Shown in pieces: positions 17,320-30,500 of a stretch of DNA of 64,000 nt (the first letter of the stretch is position 1; each line of letters opens with the position of its first letter). The translations under genes and the position numbers were made by a program. Source of the stretch: the human T2T-CHM13v2.0 reference genome, Homo sapiens. The DNA lies in NCBI RefSeq assembly GCF_009914755.1, contig NC_060927.1, one strand, 5' to 3'. The notes beneath the pieces were generated by a model. That model was not told the DNA's origin. It saw nothing but the letters and a program-made list of their open reading frames with translations, and searched no databases.

Positions 17320-19138
17320 GTAGGAGCACTGGGGTTGAAAGCTGCCTATAGTATACTATGCTCACTACCTGGGTGACAAGATCATTCATACACCAAACCT
17401 CAGCATCATGCAATTTACCCGTGTAACAAACCTGTATGTGTACTCCCTGAACCTAAAATGAAAGCCAAGTTAAAAACTAGTTAAAAATAAATAAATCAAT
17501 CAATCCCTATTTTCTAAGGACATCTAAATGACTGTGCTCATGTCAGTATGGCTACTTCAAAATAATATGTCCTTCCTGAGATGTATATGCCTGTGAAGGA
17601 CACCAGCAGTCTGAGGGAGGAGCAGATTCGAATGGTCCAGTGGAAGAACATTGAATTGGGGATCTGAGAACTGGTTCCAGCTGAAGCTTTGCCAGTTACC
17701 AGTTGTTTAGTATTGGACAAGTCACTTAATTCCCTGACTCTCAGGTAGTTTTGTTGCTGTTGTGGTTTAAGTATCATGGGGCTAACACTAGTAATCTTTT
17801 CTTGGTCTAATAGTGCTCCATCTTTTCTTCCTAGGTCTAGTCATATTTTGAAAACAAATTAGTTTCACTGTACATGCTATTTCATAAATTTGTTTTTTAA
17901 TTTATTTAAATTATCAGCATATAATGAGCATTTTCCTATGTCTTTAGGTAGTTTTATGACATGTTCTTAAAGATTACGTTGTATTCTGTTATGAGACTAT
18001 ACCATCTTTGCACACCAAGCCTCACTTGTGGAACATGGAAATGCCTTTATTTCCTATTAGAAGTAGTATTAACCAGGTGCAGACAAAAGGAATTAATCTG
18101 GACTTCTTCAATTGAGATTACACCTCATGTGTTTCAGCTACATAGACCCATCTGTCTCTGGCTGGAATTAGGAGCCTAAAAAGAGAAGGGGCTGAAGGAC
18201 TGCTCACTTAGAAGAGTAGAAGGGGCTGAACAGGACAGGAGGTGCATATGTTTATTGAGGGCTGACATGCCACACACTTACATGTGTTAGTACAACAACC
18301 CTGTGAGGTAAGGCTTATCCCCCATTACATTTGCTGTAAGAGCTGAACTGAATCCATGCTCACAGCTACCATGTTGAAAGGGGAAGCTGAGAAGGGCCCA
18401 GAACCACCGCTGTGCCACTACCCCTGAGACTCCACCATCCTCTCCTCCACACCATGACACCTGACCCTCTCCTTTGCCTGTCCACACCTACCATCTCAAT
18501 GCCCCACTCTTCTCAAATGCATCCCTCAGATATTCACTGATTTATCCTTTCAGGACTTCTCAATCATGTATTTACCATCTTATTATAAATGATCTGATGC
18601 TCAGATTCTTAGGGTTACAACAGTTGATTTACATAGCCTTGCCTATGTGCCGTTAAGTCACTTCAAGATGGAAAACTCCCTGATTAAACTTAAGATGTAG
18701 TAATCCCACAACATGAATACTCTGGACTAAGTATATATTTTATTGTAAACAGTCTTAAATAAAATATATACATTGTTTAAATCTGCTAAACACTTTTTAC
18801 CAACGTCTATACACTTCCCACCCACCTCCACCCACCCTCAAAATCAGACCACTCTTCTTGTAGCAAAATTCTCTACTTTCCTACCAGAGTGTGTAGTGTT
18901 CATTTGCATTTCTATTTAGGTGAGTTTATTTCATAACAGTCATGGCAGTGGGCAGAGCCCACAGAAGTCTATACCCTTCTCTGCCTCTAAACAGTCATGA
19001 ACAAATGAAGTGAGTTAGATGACTTCTAATATCCTTTCCAAATTTAAAATTCTGCATAATTTGGCCATATCTTAATGTTCCAATAAAATGCATCTTTCCA
19101 ATGTGGTTTAGTTTACTGTGTTAAAAGTTTGCACACTA

Positions 19139-19463
<325 letters not shown>

Positions 19464-19789
19464 AGGAAGCCTCCCATTCCTAACCAAGTAAACTATGAAA
19501 TAATGAGAGACTGTACATTTCTGTTCTACTGCTAACACTGCTAGTGTGTGGCCTGTGACTTGGCAAGCTGCTTCCTGTTTCTGAGCCACAGTTTACCTAT
19601 TTGTAAAATGGAAGATTTGTACTAAACATATTCTGAGATGCCTTCTTGGCCCCGGCATTACAGTATTGGATTCTAATCATGTATTCATTCTGCTCAGAAA
19701 TGTTTCTGGTGTTTCTGGTCTTAAGTTATCAATAACCCCTGGTAGAGTCTGGGACATTGGGACGAGATCCTGCAAGCTCAGCCTAGGCT

Positions 19790-20180
19790 TGCCGGCAGCT
19801 GTTTGAAGGAGTCACTCGCATGGACCAGTAAAGCAAAGGCAGCGATGACGCCTCGCGGTGAGGGCCAGAACCCAAGTCCAGGGAAAACGCTCCTTTAGCG
19901 CCACGCATTACAAAACAACCTCTCCTCCTTGCTGACGCTGCCGCCACATCCGGGGTGAAAATCGAGCCTAGATCTTTCTGCTCCAGCACAGCCTGGCCTG
20001 CAGCGGATGCGGGCGTGAGAGGGACACAGGAGCAGCGGGGGCGGGGATGCTGCTGACCGTGGAGAAAGCAACCTCCTTCCCTGAGGGGCTTCCCCTCTCT
20101 GCGCCACCATCCCCCACCCCCTGCAACAGGGCAGTGGCTGAACCCATCTCTGTAGGTGGGAGGTGGGATGGGAGGGAGGA
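19790..20180. promoter_or_regulatory. CpG-dense, GC-rich non-repeat intronic element (candidate enhancer or alternative promoter)
   Basis: About 19 CpGs in ~315 bp against a CpG-depleted background. GC box GGGGCGGGG near 20038, TGACG half-sites, and a G-quadruplex motif at 20158-20176. Confidence 0.55.
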
Positions 20181-22380
20181 GGAAGACCCTCTCACCTGAG
20201 CAGGACTTGGAAAGGAACCAGGAAGAGAGCCCACTTCCAAATCCAGTCTCTTCCACTGAGGTTCCACCTGCATAGAAGGGGCTTCCTGGGACCCACCAAG
20301 CCCGTGATACCACTTGGTCATCTTACAAGAGAAGACACCAAAGCCCAGAGAAGGAAGCAGCTGTCCCAAGGAGGAGCAGCTAGGTGGGGACTAGAACCAC
20401 CATATCCTGGCCCCTTCTACTTCTCTGTCCCCTCCACTAGACTTCTTCAGCCAAAGGGGGTTTCTCTTTTTTTAGTTTCTTTGCAAACCTGCTTCCAAAT
20501 ATTTGTATTGACCTATCGGATTGATACTTAAAGAATCAGGGATTTGTGCATTTGACACCTGAAACTCATCTGTCCCCTAAGGATCTTCTTGTGTGTTCTG
20601 CTTACCATCCACTCAGAATTTTTGCAGCTTTTTGAGGGTCATCATCCACCTGCAGTCACTTTAGAGACATCAGAAAGTGTCATGATCATGATCCCCTTGT
20701 AGAGGTGAGAAGTGTGTCCTGCAGCTAATCCCATCCACCATGCAGACAGGATGCTAACCAGTCTCAGAGGACACCATTCCTCTGGCCCACCTGTTGGGCG
20801 GGTTACCTGACTTTCTGCCCCAGTCCTGTCTCAGCATCATACACTTGCTGTTTCAAGGTGGCCATCCCACGAGTGGGCTAAACTAGGCATTCTAGGACTG
20901 GTCAGGAGGTGGCAAGTCATCATGCTGATCAATTCAATTAGTAAAGGCACTGTTTGGGAAGAGAGAGGGGGACACTATCACCATCATACGAAGAGCTAAT
21001 GTTTTTTGAGCATTTACTATGTGGTAGACTTTATGCTAAATTCTTACAAGTATTGTTTTAATATAATCCTTACAGCAACCGTACTATTGTTATTCCTGTG
21101 TGGACAATGAGGAGACAGAGGCACATAAGGAAAAGGTTACTAAATGGGGAATAAGGAAACTCATCTTCCATTCTTTCTCTATCTCTCTGTAATCTCGTGC
21201 TAGTCACTTAACCTTGCCTTTCTGGTACATGAAACATCTGAATTGGAAGAAATTATGTGCATATGTGCATTTTTCTGGAAAGAGCAGCCACAATTTTCAT
21301 CAGCATCTCAAAGACACCCATTACCCCCCTCCCACTCACAAAAAAAAAAAAATCAAAGAACTCTCAGGACTATCTCATTTTATAGCCTTTTTCACACTAA
21401 ACAATTTACCTTGCATTCTCTTCTAACATTGTAAATACCGACGGGCTTGAGCAGTACCGATAGGCAGATTCAGATTACAGTCACCCCTGAGCCAAAGACC
21501 TCTCTGTGATTCAGGGGTGTGAAGGGCTCCTGGCTGTGCACTGGCCTTTCCAGCACACCCGCATGTCCAGATAGCCATCGCAGGAAGGACGACGTGGGGA
21601 TGGGATCATCAGATTCACCCTCCAGCTACTTGCAACACCTCAGCAGTTTTACTTCAGCTTGTTGTATTCTTTCCTTGCAACTGGACTGTAAGTTTATATT
21701 GCAACCCCAAGAAAAGATTCACAATCCCTTTTTTTTATTGTACTATAAAAAGAATTCTAGTGATAGAACCTCCACAGGGCTTGAAGTAAAGCAGCCATTC
21801 ATTAAGTGTCTGCTGTGTCCTGAGTATGCCAGCAATGAACAAGACAGACCAGGTCCCTGGCTGCATAAAGAGCAAGAGGGACTGTGGCAGGGAAGTGCCA
21901 CGCAGATGCAGAGAGCACGAGAGTGAGGCCTGGAGAACCAGGAGGGGCTTCCTTGAGAAGTGGTGTTTGAGCCACTGAAGGATCCCTGAAGAATGCCTCA
22001 TCCCTGATGGATGAAGAGAAATGAATTAAGCAAGAGGCACAGGTCAGAGGGGTGGAAGAGCATTCTGAGAGGGATGGGAAGGGCCCAAGGCAATAAAGAA
22101 CTTGGCCCACTGGAGGAACTGAAGGGAGGGCAGGCTAGGTGCCAAGAGAGGGAGAGTGGTGTGGGAGATGCAGCCGGAGAGGAGGCAGGGCCAGTGTATG
22201 CAGGGCCCAGGAATCGCCAGGTGGGATGCTAACTGGCTGTGGGCTGTTGGCAAGGCAGGTAACAGCTCACATGTTCCATTTCCTTATCTTCAAGGTGAGA
22301 GTCTTCAATTAGATGATCTCGAAAGCCCTTTCTGACTCTACCATCCTGTGATATTGTGACTTCAAAGAAAGTGAAGTGAT

Positions 22381-22850
22381 TGCTGAGAAAGAGAAAAGTG
22401 GCCCCTGACAACCTGGATCTGGGTGGTCCCATAAGCTAGGCCTTGGCGTTCTCCTGTTAAACATAAACAACTTCACAGAACATCAACAGCAAGCAAGATG
22501 TCTCTGTGACCATGATAAAGACAAAAATAAGACCACTCCACAATCATGTCTGAACACAGACAAAAAACGTTAACATTGTCCAAACCATGGAACTAACCAA
22601 ACATTTCCCTATTCTGGCTCGGAGGAGTGACTGCTACTCCTTTACCCTTACAGCTTCAGTCTCACTTAGTCTTCCTCCCTTCTAGACAAGATTTATTAAG
22701 ATATGGAATCATAGAATTTACCCCTGCTTCTGACAGCATGCAAAGCTCCACTTCCTTAAACCGTCCCCAAAATCGCCTACCACAAACCGCACTCCTGTAA
22801 GTCCTTTCTAACACCCTGTCGGTGAGACACCCCACCGTTCTCCTTCTCTG
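22381..22850 (+). mobile_element. ERVL-class LTR (MER54-like), boundaries approximate
   Basis: tgctgagaaagagaaaagtggcccctgac...ctaggccttggcgttctcctgttaaacataaac resembles remembered consensus. Confidence 0.5.
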
Positions 22851-23747
22851 CTATGTCCTGTCCAAGCACAGGGTGTTCCTCATGCAAGTGCAGGGCTGGC
22901 CATGAGAAGCAATGCCACCCTACACTTTGCTCTCCTGGTGTCTCTCTTGTCTCACCAGTTCCAGCCCAGTCCTGGGGGTCTTTGGCTGGATGGAGTTGAC
23001 ATCAGTCCCCTTCCCTGCTCTTCTCTAATCTCACCACAGGTACCCTGCTCTGGGCCTCAGGGTGTTGGGGAGTAGAGCTGGGAAGTAGCGGAGGAGAAAA
23101 TGAGGAAGAGAAATGCAAGAGGGCGACTTCACAGGGGAATTTTGTCCACCTGATGATGTGGGAACGGAATTAAAACTGTCTCCAGAGCGAATGTTTCTTC
23201 TCTCACTTGAAGTCTGGGCTTCCTCCTTTTATGTCTATGCCCCACCCAGATTACGCATGGGCTACTTGGGCGGTTGTGGTATTTCTGTTTCCCAACCAAA
23301 CGCCACCACCTCCCCTTAAAGCCATCTTCACAGGAAGGTAACCAGCTCCCGGTGGAACTGACCCATTTGACAGTATCTAAGGGGAACAAAAATTGTTGCT
23401 GCTGCTGATTCAGATTCACAGCTTGGACTTCCCACCCTTAGCTAAAAGTTTTTCACTGGGGGGAGTCCCCACCACACAACCTACTCTATTCATGTGAGCC
23501 AGTGGTAAACAAACCAGACTCCTGGTGCCTCCTGAGTCAGATGATAACCAAGGGAAAGAAGTGACCTCTATCTCTGGACACAAAACAAACTAGAGGACCC
23601 TTACTCCTCTGATTGAGAAAGCTGGTGAAGTCAGCTCCTTTCAACTTGGAGAAGCCATTGCTCACATCAGGCGCATAACTGTTTCCAAAGTCATGGAAAT
23701 GTCCAGTTCATGGCAAAAGTAGGGTTTTCTTTGTGCTTAGTTTCATG

Positions 23748-23965
23748 AAGAGGTCAATCAACTTTTTCAGTAAAAGGCCAAATATTAACTATTCCAAGCT
23801 TTGTGGGCCAATCTTTGGCATAACTACTCAAATCTACCCTTGCAGCACAAAAGCAACCATAGATATAATGCAAGTGATTAGGCATGACTGTATTTCAGCA
23901 AAACTTTATTTATAAAAACAAGCACACCAGATTTGGCCCATGGAATGTAGTTGGCTGGCCCCTGG
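23748..23965. mobile_element. MER58A-like hAT-Charlie MITE
   Basis: ggtcaatcaactttttcagtaaaaggcca ... tagttggctggcccctg terminal motifs. Confidence 0.75.
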
Positions 23966-24324
23966 TGTAATGTAACCAACACGTGGGCACAGCTGAATAA
24001 GAAGAGGAATAATAACCTTTGCCCATTACTTTCTAAAGAGCTTACTTCTCATTAGACAGATTGAGAGGTTTAAAATCAGTTTGGAAACTGCTGGAGGATG
24101 GAGGAAAAAGAGGGAGAGAAGAAAGAAGAAAGCAAACATGAGAGGATGGAATTTTATTTATTTCAAATGGAATTTAGTTATTTCAAATAAGTAATGGAAG
24201 AATCAGAGTGGAAAGAGTTATTTGTAAGGCCTCTGTATAGCAGGCTGACCCTAGTCATCTCTTACCCTGACCAGCTGGACAGGAGTCACTCACTGAGGCT
24301 CAGGCTATGTGGACTAATCCAACT

Positions 24325-24517
24325 TCAAAGTCAGGTTTATAGAAACATGTGTGGGCTTCTTTGGGGAAAGTTTATCTGAGACAGTGTTCCTCCGGACCAG
24401 CTTCGGGTGTCATTAGCAACAGAGAATCTTCTCATAGAGACAACTGAATGTAGTATGTTCCAGGATTTATTTTTTAAATGCTGGTTCCTGATTCTTCTGG
24501 GCAAAGCCGAAGAAGGC
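24325..24517 (+). repeat. Local doublet C, copy 1
   Basis: Aligns with 25780-25969. Confidence 0.92.
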
Positions 24518-25177
24518 AGAGAGACACTGAGAGTGCACTGCATCAGCACAGATTGTGGAATGTTTAGGACCATTTCAGTTCCCAAAGAAAGAGCCCCTGA
24601 AGAGCTCATAGAAAGGGCTCGCAGGAGAGTAGAGAAGGACCAGGGAGTGCTGGACACTTCTAACAGTCACAGGTGCTGTGACTTCTAACAGTTGCAGGTA
24701 AACAGGGTCCCAGACCTTCCCATCTGGGACTGATGGATTGATTGTGAAGAATATATACTCATTCCACAAATTTAAAAAGGGAATTAATAATGAAAGACTT
24801 AAGTGTAAAGTAGAGCACCCAAGACTCTGCTCGGAAAGGTAGACGCAAATGATAACCACATAGGTAAATCCCCTGCATGTGGCTGGGAAGAGAGGGTGAG
24901 AAGTAGTCTATCTATGGTTAGTGGCCATTTTCTCTAGTTCACAGACCATGCATATTGATTATAGATTCAGAAAGTTACCCTAACTTTACAGCAATGACTT
25001 CTGAACTGTGCTTTCCTGGAATACTGGTTTCATAAGTTGTTAGCAGTTATTTTGCAGGAGAAAGGTTTCAGGGAAACCGAAGAATGAATTGACATTGACA
25101 GGAAACTGTTGTGTATCCATTCAAAATACATTTTTGTTTGGCTGTGTTATCCTTGGAGAAAAGTAATAGTATCAGAA

Positions 25178-25405
25178 GAATCCTGGGCAATACAGCAAGG
25201 TCCTGTCTCTACAAAATTTTTTAAAAAATAGCCTGGGGTAGTGGCATGTTCCTATAGTTTTAGTTACTCAGGAATCTGAGGCAGGAGGATCACGAGCCCA
25301 GGAGTTCTAGACTGCGGTGAGCTATGATCATGGCACTGCACTCCAACCTGGGCAACATAGTGAGACCATGTCTCTAAAAATGATAATACATAAATAAAAT
25401 TACAT
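25178..25405 (+). mobile_element. Partial AluJ/FRAM-like element
   Basis: Diverged Alu motifs with an A-rich end. Confidence 0.8.
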
Positions 25406-25489
25406 TTAAACAATCATTTTTAGGAAACACAATTTTTAGAGCTCAGAACAGAATATGACCCTGGACAGATGCATATGAAAGACGGTCTA

Positions 25490-25640
25490 GCAATGGCTTT
25501 CAAACTTCTTAAAACACAGGTTGCTGGTCCCACACCCAGAGTTTCTGATTCAGTAGGTTGGGATGGGATTCGTGTTTCTAACAAGTTCCCAAGTGATGGT
25601 GCTGATGCTCGTCCAAGGACCACAATTTAAGACTCACTTC
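25490..25640. mobile_element. MER5A-like hAT-Charlie MITE
   Basis: cccagagtttctgattcagtagg...tctaacaagttcccaagtgatg...gaccaca. Confidence 0.8.
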
Positions 25641-25779
25641 CCTGCACCCGGCCCCATGCCCAACAGATAGGAGGCTCTTTTTACAGTAACAAGAAGTTTC
25701 TTTCTGAGGGTTACCACATTAAAAGAAATCAATTGAATGGGTTTCCACCATGTGTGAGGATATATTGGCTGACCCAGCA

Positions 25780-25969
25780 TCAAAGTCAGGGTTAGAAACA
25801 TCCATGGGCTTATTTGGGGAAAGTTTATTCCAGACAGTCTTCCTCCAGAACAGCTTCAGGTGTCCTTAGCAATGGAGAATCTTCTCATAGAGGCAACTGA
25901 ATGTAGCATGTTCCAAAATTCATTCTTTAAATGCTGGTTCATGATTCTTCCGGGCAAAGCTGAAGGGGC
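25780..25969 (+). repeat. Local doublet C, copy 2
   Basis: Aligns with 24325-24517. Confidence 0.92.
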
Positions 25970-26676
25970 CAGCTAATAAATCAACACATATTTCCTGACA
26001 TTTCCTGACAGGGAGACATGTTCCTTCAAAAATGGGAACAAAATTCATAATGAATTTAGTGGGGAGGCATAGTTCTTCAAAAATAAAATTCAGTTTGAAC
26101 ATTTTCAATCTGAGATATTTGGGGATTAAAAAAACAGATATAGGTTCTGAAGGGACTACTCAAGCAAATGTATATTAGGAAATCAAGGAGGCCCTAGAAG
26201 GCCAGAATATGGACATGAGTCAGCCAAATTGTGGAGTTATGGACAAAAGCTAACAAACACATCTTGAAATCTCCAGTGGGACGCAAATTCTTTTAACCTC
26301 AGGTCAGCCCCAAATCATGGTACCAATTTCTGTTAACATGCTCTAAAAAATGACATGAAGAACTTAGAATAGGTTCTTGGCATATTAACAAATATATCTA
26401 GAAAAATATGAAGTAGTCCTAAGCAGAAAGGTTTGAAAGAAATTTGGATAGTTAAGCCTGAAAAAAAAGTGAAGGTGATTCTATCTTTAAATTAATGAAA
26501 ATTTTTGTCTCTGGCCTTTCATTGCAGTGGTAAATTAGGCAAGAATAAATGGCCTTAATTTTAAAATAGATGTGATTTTAGTTAACTGTGAGGTAAAATC
26601 TTCTTTAAAATGGGGTAATGAAACACTGGAGGCTTGTTATTTTGGGCCTGGAAATTTGTAGAGATGCTAATTGTAG

Positions 26677-26983
<307 letters not shown>

Positions 26984-27049
26984 GAAGTGTCTTTAAAATT
27001 CCACAGAGCTCTTCCTTGGTTCCTGCACAATCTCAAAGCCAATTGAAAG

Positions 27050-27545
27050 AATTGCCATACTATTGAAAAAGTCCAAATGCCCACCAATGGGAAAATGAAT
27101 GAATAAATTGTGACATATTCACGCAGTGGAATATTATACCGCAGTTAAAATCATGGATTATAGTAAAGTACAACAATATAGATGAATTTTATTAATACGA
27201 TATTAAGTGAAAGAAACTCAGAAGATTACATATAGTATGATACCCTTTTATGAAGCTTAAAACAACTAAAATTTTAAATACATTTTGGGAACATAGGTAG
27301 ATACAATATAATCATATAAAAGGAAGACAAGCAATGACCACAATGAAAAAGACTGGCAGTACCAAGGGTGGACAAGGACATGGAGTGATAGAACTCTCAT
27401 AGAGTGCAGTGGGAAGATAAATTGGTACAACACTTTGGAAAACTTTTTGGTAGTATCTACTAAAACTAAAGATACACAAATTCTATGATGTAGCAACTCC
27501 ACTTCTAGGTATATATTCAACATACATTCACAAAAAGGCATGTTT
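27050..27545 (+). mobile_element. Ancient L1ME-type 3' fragments (continue at 33935-34340)
   Basis: caaatgcccaccaatggg...gtggaatattatacc motifs. The sequence resumes after the L1MA insertion. Confidence 0.65.
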
Positions 27546-27561
27546 AAGAAAGCTTATAGCT

Positions 27562-30500
27562 GAGGGTGGAGCAAGATATCTGAACAGAAGCCTCCACTGA
27601 TGGCTCCCCCCTGCAGGAACACCACATTTTAACAACTAACTACACAAAAAAGCACCATCAAAAGAAGTAAAAATCAGGTGAACAATCACAGCACCCGGTG
27701 CTAATTTCATATTGCTCAAAGAGGCACTGAGGAGGGTAGGAAAGACAGCCTTGAATCGCTGATACCACCCCTCCCCTATCCCCCCAGCAGTGGCCGTGTG
27801 GTGCAAGAGAAAATCTGTGCATTTTGGGGAAGGAGAGCACAGCGACTGGGCCACTTGGCACTGAACTCAGTGCTGACCTGTCACAGCAGAGAGAAAAGCT
27901 GTGCTGGGCTCAGCTGGCATTCGCTGAGGAGGAGGGAGCATTTGGACCAGCCCTAGCAAGAGGGGAATCACCCACCTAAGCAGTCGGAACTTGAGTTTCT
28001 GCAAGCCTCACCACCACGTGTTAAAGTGCTCTGGGGTCTTACATAAGCTTGAAAAGCAGTCTAGGACAAAAGGACTGTAATTCCTAACTAAGCAATTCCT
28101 AGTGCTGGGCTAGGCTTAACACTAGAGCCAGTGGACTAGAGCAGCAGGTGACCTAGGGAGACACCAGCCAGGGTGGCTAAGGGAGTGCTTGTTCTACCCA
28201 TCTCCCAACCCCAGGTAACACAGCTCACAGCAACTAAAGTGACTCCTTCCTTCTGCTTAAGGAGAGAAGAGCAAAGAGTAAAGAAGACTTTGTCTTGCAC
28301 CTTGGATACCAGCTCAGCCAAGGTAGGATAGAGCACCAGGCAGAGTCATAAGGCCTCCATTCCAGGCCCTAGTTCCTTGACAACATTTCTAGACATGCCC
28401 TGGGCCAGAAGGGAACTCACTGCCTTGAAAGGAATGAGCTAGTCCTGACAGAATATATCACCTGCTGACTAAAGAGCTCTTGGGCCCTGAATAACCAACG
28501 GTGATACCCAGGTAGTGTGCCATGGGCTTTGGGTGAGACTCAGACATGCTGGTTTCAGGTGTGACTTACTACCTTCCCAGCTGGGGTGGCAATGGCAAAA
28601 GATTCCTTCTGCTTGAGAAAAGTAAAGGGGATATTTTCTTGCTGGTACCTTAGGTACCAGTTCAGCCACAAGGGTGTGGAGCACCAAGCGGGCTCTTGGG
28701 TCCCGAGCCCAGGTGTAGGCTCCTAGACAGCATTTCTGGACCTGCCATGGGCCAGAGGGGAGCCCATTGCCTTGAAGGGTGAGTCCCAAGCCTGGCAGCA
28801 TTCACCACAACCTGAGGTGCCCCTGGGCTTTAAATGAACATCTGCAGTGGCCAGGCAGAACTCCCCCTGAGCTAGTGGTGGTGGTGGCCACCAGGAGGGG
28901 CTCCTCTGCCTGTGGAAAGGTGAGGGAACAGTGAGAAGGACTTTGTCTTGTGGTTTAAGGGCCAGCTTAGATGCAGTAGAATAGAATGCCAGGTAGATTT
29001 CTAAGGTTGTTGGCTCAAATCCTGGCTCCCAACTGTGTCTCTGGACCCACCCAACGCCTGGGGGAACTCACTGCCCTTAAGGGAAGAACACAAGCCTGGT
29101 TGGCTTCTTCACTGCTGATGGCAGAGCCCTAGGGCACTGAGGTAGAACATAGATGGTAGCCAGGTAGTGGTTACAGCAGGCCTGGGGCAAGACCCAGTGC
29201 TGTGACGGCTTCAGGCCTAACCCAGAACAGTCCCAGTGGTAGTGGCCACAGGGAAGCTTGTGTCACCGCACCTCCAGCTCCAGGAACCTCAGCACAGAAA
29301 GAAAGGCTGTGTTTGTTTTGGAGGAAGTAAGGAGGAGAACAAGAGTCTCTGTCTGGTACTATAGAGAATTCTTCTGGGTCTTATCCAAGACCCCTATTTG
29401 GAAATACACAGTCAGAGGAGACAAAAGAAAAAAGAACAAAAAAGAATGAAGCACACCTAGAAGATCAAGAGAATGCCCTCAAAGGGACAAATCTAAGAGT
29501 TACTGGTCTTAAAAAACAGGTAGAGAAATAGATAGGGGTAGAAAGTTTATTCAAAGGGATAATATCAGAGAACTTCCCAAGCCTAGAGAAAGATATCAGC
29601 ATTCAAGAACAAGAAGGTAATAGAACATCAAGCAAATTTAACCCAAAGAAGACTACCTCAAGGCATTTACTAATCAAACTCCTGAAAGTCAAGGATAAAA
29701 AAGGATACTAAAAGAGCAACAGGAAAGAAGCATATAACATACAACAGAGTTCCAATATGTCTGGCAGCAGACTTTTCAGTGGAAACCTTATAAGCCAGGA
29801 GAGAGTGCCATGACATGTTTAAAGTGCTGAAGAAACAAGACCCAATGATCTGTTGCCTATAAGAAACACATTTCACCTATAAAGGTACACATAGGCTGAA
29901 AATAAAGGGATGGAAAAAGATATTCCATGCCAATGGAAACCAAAATAATAGAGCAGGACTAGCTATACTTATATCACATGAAATGATTTCAAGACAAAAA
30001 TTGTAAGAAGAGATGAAGAAGGTCGTTATATAATGATAAAGGGATCAATTCAGAAAGAGGGTATAACAATTTTAAATATATATGCAGCCAACACTGGAGC
30101 ACCCAGATATACAAATCAAATATTATTAGAGCTAAAGAAAGAGACCACAGTACAATAATAGCTACAGACTTCAACACCCCACTTTCAGCATTGGACTGAT
30201 CTTCCAGACAGAAAGTCAGCAAAGAAACATCAGACTTAATCTGCAGTATGAAACAAATGGACCTAATAGATATTTACAGAACGTTTCATCTAACAGCTAC
30301 AGAATACACATTCTTCTCCTCAGCATGTGGATCATTCTCAAGTATAAACCGTATGTTGGGTCACAAAACAAGTCTTAAGGCATTCAAAAAATTGAAATAA
30401 TATCAAGCATTGTCTTTGACCACAATGAAATAAAACTAGAAATCAATAACAAGAGGAAGTTTGGAAACTATACAATCACATGGAATTTAAACAACATGTT

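Larger units (their letters stand above)
11998..17495 (+). mobile_element. 5'-truncated L1 (L1PB/old L1PA), ORF2 from the endonuclease domain to the 3'UTR; 3'UTR split by LTR12
   Basis: Fragmented ORF2 peptides ([36 protein letters not shown]). The 3'UTR resumes at 17324 and ends in an A-rich tail near 17490. Confidence 0.95.

Noticed and set aside
16728-17323. 95-172 aa ORFs
   Set aside because: Stop-poor GC-rich LTR12 sequence. A solo LTR has no gag/pol/env.
20050-20070. REST/NRSF-like motif (ccacggtcagc on the minus strand)
   Set aside because: Only the right half resembles RE1. The left half does not match.
19783-20531. 176-, 133- and 122-aa ORFs in the GC-rich element
   Set aside because: Expected in GC-rich DNA, with no recognisable domain or exon structure.
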